Made by a program: the position numbers and the translations under genes. From the human T2T-CHM13v2.0 reference genome, Homo sapiens, in NCBI RefSeq assembly GCF_009914755.1, contig NC_060926.1: a stretch of DNA of 64,000 nucleotides. One strand, given 5' to 3'. Below, in pieces: positions 59,926 through 64,000 of this stretch (position 1 is the stretch's first letter; each line of letters starts with the position of its first letter). Below the pieces are notes generated by a model. It ran no database searches. It was not told the DNA's origin and saw only the letters and a list, made by a program, of their open reading frames with translations.

Positions 59926-60006
59926 CTTAGATAACAGCTTGTCAAATAAGCTATCCATTATCGCTACAAGCTTAGCTGATATTTCAGCTATGTGATCATG
60001 GTAGTC
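59926..60006 (-). CDS. VPS54: VPS54 exon (last-3)
   Basis: ttgcag|GAC...AAG|gtaatg; DYHDHIAEISAKLVAIMDSLFDKLLSK; 81 nt. Confidence 0.95.
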
Positions 60007-60120
60007 CTGCAATGAGAAATGATAATTGTATTTTTAAGTCCCTGGGACACATTTTTAAAATACTTAACAATTAAGGATCTAAACTTATGAAACGCCAATA
60101 GAAAATATATGAAAAAGTAC

Positions 60121-60242
60121 CTTAGTGATATGATCAAAATGCCTAAGCATGCTATATTGCTTAGGTGGTAGTCGAGCTTCAAAATGAGCCCGGATCACAG
60201 GAATGTAGTGCACAATTAACTGCAAACATCGTGAAGAAAGAG
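60121..60242 (-). CDS. VPS54: VPS54 exon (last-4)
   Basis: cttcag|CT...AAG|gtactt; (A)LSSRCLQLIVHYIPVIRAHFEARLPPKQYSMLRHFDHITK; 122 nt; followed by a 114-nt intron. Confidence 0.95.
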
Positions 60243-60803
60243 CTGAAGATCCAGGGAGTAGATATATAATGGAGAAATAAAAAAAAAAAAGGTATTAGTT
60301 GATTTTAATTACAAATCAAATCAAATAAAAAACATCACTTATAAAGATCCAGTTTATTTCATAAACGAAGAGCCCTATGGCAGAAGGCAACATATTTCAT
60401 TTTGTCTAATAATTTGATACTGAATAATGTAATGAACATGCTGCTTTCACAAAGGACTCAAGTTGTGAGTATTATCAGTATCACAATAACAAGACAACTG
60501 ATTCTCTTATGACATTCAGATAGCTTTCACCCCCAAATACTTTATACACATTATATCTTAATATTTTCTAGAGTGGTGTAACTTCCAAGTAACTTATACT
60601 TGGAGGGGAAATGCATCGTAACCTTTTCCCCATGGTTAGTTTTTTTCAGTGATGAGTATACATAAAAGAGTAAGTAGCATTTATTTTTAGAGTAATGCCA
60701 CTTTGGTTAGAGCCATGAAAACATGAGGTATAAAAAAACATGATGAGTACAGTGACATCACTGTTAACACTTCAGCAAGTGAATTAAACGCAAGAATCCA
60801 TAC

Positions 60804-60891
60804 CCAAATTTTTTGTAGTTATCGTTTTTAGTCCAACAACTTGCAGTGCACCAGCTCCAAGAACTAACTGGCAACTTCTTGAATTGAAGTA
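60804..60891 (-). CDS. VPS54: VPS54 exon (last-5)
   Basis: tgttag|TAC...TTG G|gtatgg; YFNSRSCQLVLGAGALQVVGLKTITTKNL (Vps54 domain motif); 88 nt. Confidence 0.96.
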
Positions 60892-61762
60892 CTAACAAAA
60901 GAAGGAGAAAAAAACCCCAAAATTTACTAAAAACTGTTCTTTATATCCTGGCAATGTGCTATTATAAAAATACATTCCCCTTTCCTCTCATTCAATGGCC
61001 AAATGAATTATCTAGTAGAAGCAATTAGTATCTATTTATTTAATGAAAAAGAAATGAGAAGGGGAGATTCTAAATGATAATATTTACTGATAAGAAAAAA
61101 GTTGAAAAATTCTAAAAATCAGTTCGCAGAAATTAATCTTTAATTTGCATGTACAAAACAAATTCGGTTTCAGTCATTCTTGTTGGGAAGTCCTATTTTC
61201 AAAAGTTATAAAAATCTGTCTTGGCTAAAACATGACAACTCAAGTCAGAACATAATTAACAGATTAGAGGTTTGAAAAAAATAATAAAGCATTTCCTCCG
61301 TACTGGTAGTTTAAAATATCTCAATATGAAATGGCTGAATAAAATCATCACATTTTCATTTTATATCAATGGTTCTGAAAGAATGATGCAAGAAAAATCT
61401 CTAACCTTAGTGAGATGAATTTTGTAAAGTTCAGTGAATTCCTTCCATGCACATTTGAAGCCAGTCCAGGTTTTTTGACCTAAGTGGCCTCAGTCATGTT
61501 CAGCACCTAACGAACAAATCATCTCCTGTCTCCAATGTCATTAACAACTCTATGGGTGAATGAGGATCACTAACTGTGGAGTAAGAAGGAAGCAGGCAGC
61601 CTGTTTCCAATAACATGTTGTGATTCAACCACAATCAAATGTTATAAAACTAATGTCTTAAAGTTAATTTGACCTTGAAATGTCTTTGAGTTAAGATTAG
61701 TCACACCCTAATGTATTAATTCCTCGAAAAATTTTTCCATAATGGAGTGAAGTCATACATAC

Positions 61763-61868
61763 CTTCAATAAATCTGACAGACGAGTAAGCATGTCAGTAG
61801 TAACAGATGGGATGTTATCCACACACTGGCAATATTCAAGGATAATTCTTATTAACAGCAATACGGTT
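61763..61868 (-). CDS. VPS54: VPS54 exon (last-6); upstream exons lie beyond the window
   Basis: ttgtag|A ACC...TTG AAG|gtatgt; TVLLLIRIILEYCQCVDNIPSVTTDMLTRLSDLLK; 106 nt. Confidence 0.95.
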
Positions 61869-62432
61869 CTACAAGAAAAGAAAAATGGCCCAATAGGAAA
61901 TCAAAACAAGAAAAATCAAAAGGATTTGGCATATAAAAATCAAATTACTTAATGGCACAAAGGATCTCTGAGAATATAATGACCTTGGTAACTATGTTAA
62001 AGTATGCATTTTACCTACTAGTACAGCAGGTTCTTGACTAACACAAGACAAGAGAGGTGTCTAGAATGCAAAATTTAAAGAGGCTCTTACTCTGTGCAAT
62101 TGCAGGATCAGCTTGCACAACACTGAGAATGAGTGGCTCCTTAAATTCTGTACAACAGGCATAATACTCTCTGTATGGCATTCTTATTAAGTAAGGGAGT
62201 CGCTTCAGTAAGACAGGTATTGCATTCATTAGCCAATTCAGAAACACTGACAAAAAGCCTATCCAGTGTTTCTGATTACCAACATAGTAGGTCCTCCATC
62301 ATAACTAATGAATTGATGAAGAAAACCTAGTCCAGATTTTCTTAGTGAGATGGAAAAAAAAAAAATCTATAATGGCTTCTAAGGAAAACATGTCTCCTAA
62401 GAATTTTATTGGTAGGTCACAAAAGGTTCTCT

Positions 62433-62763
<331 letters not shown>

Positions 62764-64000
62764 TCCGAAGATGATAAAGTTATCACCTCCATAGAAGGAC
62801 AAATCACACGTTAAAAAGACACACTACTGGGAAGTTAAAGAAGATTGAAATTAAGGAGAAAGCCATTCATCATAGGATATCTAAGTTCAATGACATGCTC
62901 AGAAATAAGATCTACGTAAAATAAGGATTTATAAGAGCCTGAAAGATATCAGGAACTAATGATTCAAGAAAGATGGTGTCTAGCCTTTATAACACCTTGT
63001 CAGACCATATATGCATACTGGTCTCTATGCTTATTTCTCCTAGAGTCTGCCTAAATGAGCATGAGTCCATTGCTTATCTTTTGTAATTGTCTCTCAGAAG
63101 TTGTAATAGTTCCCCTTTAGCCAGGGAATTTAGTTTTTTGGCAACAGACTCTCTGCCTAAAGAGCCAAAAGCAAGATGGCCAGAGGGGACCATATCCATC
63201 AAGCAAGTGAAGAGTGACCAGATAACCAGTAGTTAAGGAGGGAAATCATAATTATATTGAAGGGATGGGATTACAGGAAGACTGAAGAAAGCTTTCCCTA
63301 CCAGAAACAGGGAAGGACTTCAGAAGAGAAAAGAATGGAGGCTTTAGTTTAGAATGTGTGGACTTCAGGTATTTGAATACAGATACAGAAAAAGGATTAA
63401 TTCTATACATACTTTTTGAGTGCTTATTATGGTGCCAAGAAAAATAAAAACGGTAAGACCTCATCTCTACCTTTGAGGAATTCAGAGTCAAATTAGAAGA
63501 CATATACATAAATAAACAATTCTATTATACTACGGTAAGTGCCATGATTGAGGAACATAGAATTACATTCTTCCTGGAGGTGGTGGTCATTTCAAAAAAC
63601 ACTTGACAAGAAGAAAAGTGAAAAAGAATGCTGGGCTAGATATTGGCAGTTAGACCTAGATTTGAATTCTGGCTCCATTTGGGTCACTTGAACCACTTAA
63701 TCTTCTAAGCTTCAATTCTCATAGTGGAAAAAGGAAAGAATAATCCCCAATATCTTTATTTTACAATGTAGTTGTAAAGATCAAATGAGATCACATATAT
63801 ATGAAAACACTTAAGCTGTGAAGTACTGTTAAAGCATATGAAGATATATTTTAATTACCAATTTAATAAAAGACATAGTACTAGACAAAAAAAGATGGAA
63901 TTTGTATGCTTCTTAGTTAACTTGAATTTGAGATACTTTTATTGGTAAAAGATCTAGTGAATCAAATGATGCCAATGAGAATAACTACCAACAACTATCA

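Overview
Human genomic DNA: about 40% GC by eye, Alu-rich, and carrying a human-specific AluYb8. The window holds UGP2 (UDP-glucose pyrophosphorylase 2) exons 2-10 on the + strand. Exon 1 and the promoter lie upstream, but the short-isoform ORF from ATG 3864 to TGA 38783 is complete (497 aa). Converging tail-to-tail on the - strand are the last seven coding exons and 3' UTR of VPS54 (GARP subunit). All 16 coding exons were checked by hand for GT-AG boundaries and frame continuity. The rest is intronic: more than 25 Alus, MIR/L2 relics, MaLR LTRs, a near-full-length old L1, and several DNA-transposon fossils. I found no new multi-gene system. The most notable observations are: (i) a decayed Ac/ZBED4-like hAT transposase gene antisense in UGP2 intron 3, split by a very young AluYb8; (ii) an Alu-flanked 236-nt exon 2-3 circle that would encode a 95-aa junction-spanning ORF; (iii) several perfect hairpins and templated insertions; (iv) candidate cryptic exons and interleaved poly(A) signals between the two genes. 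Repeat subfamily names and reference-protein comparisons are from memory, not from a database search.
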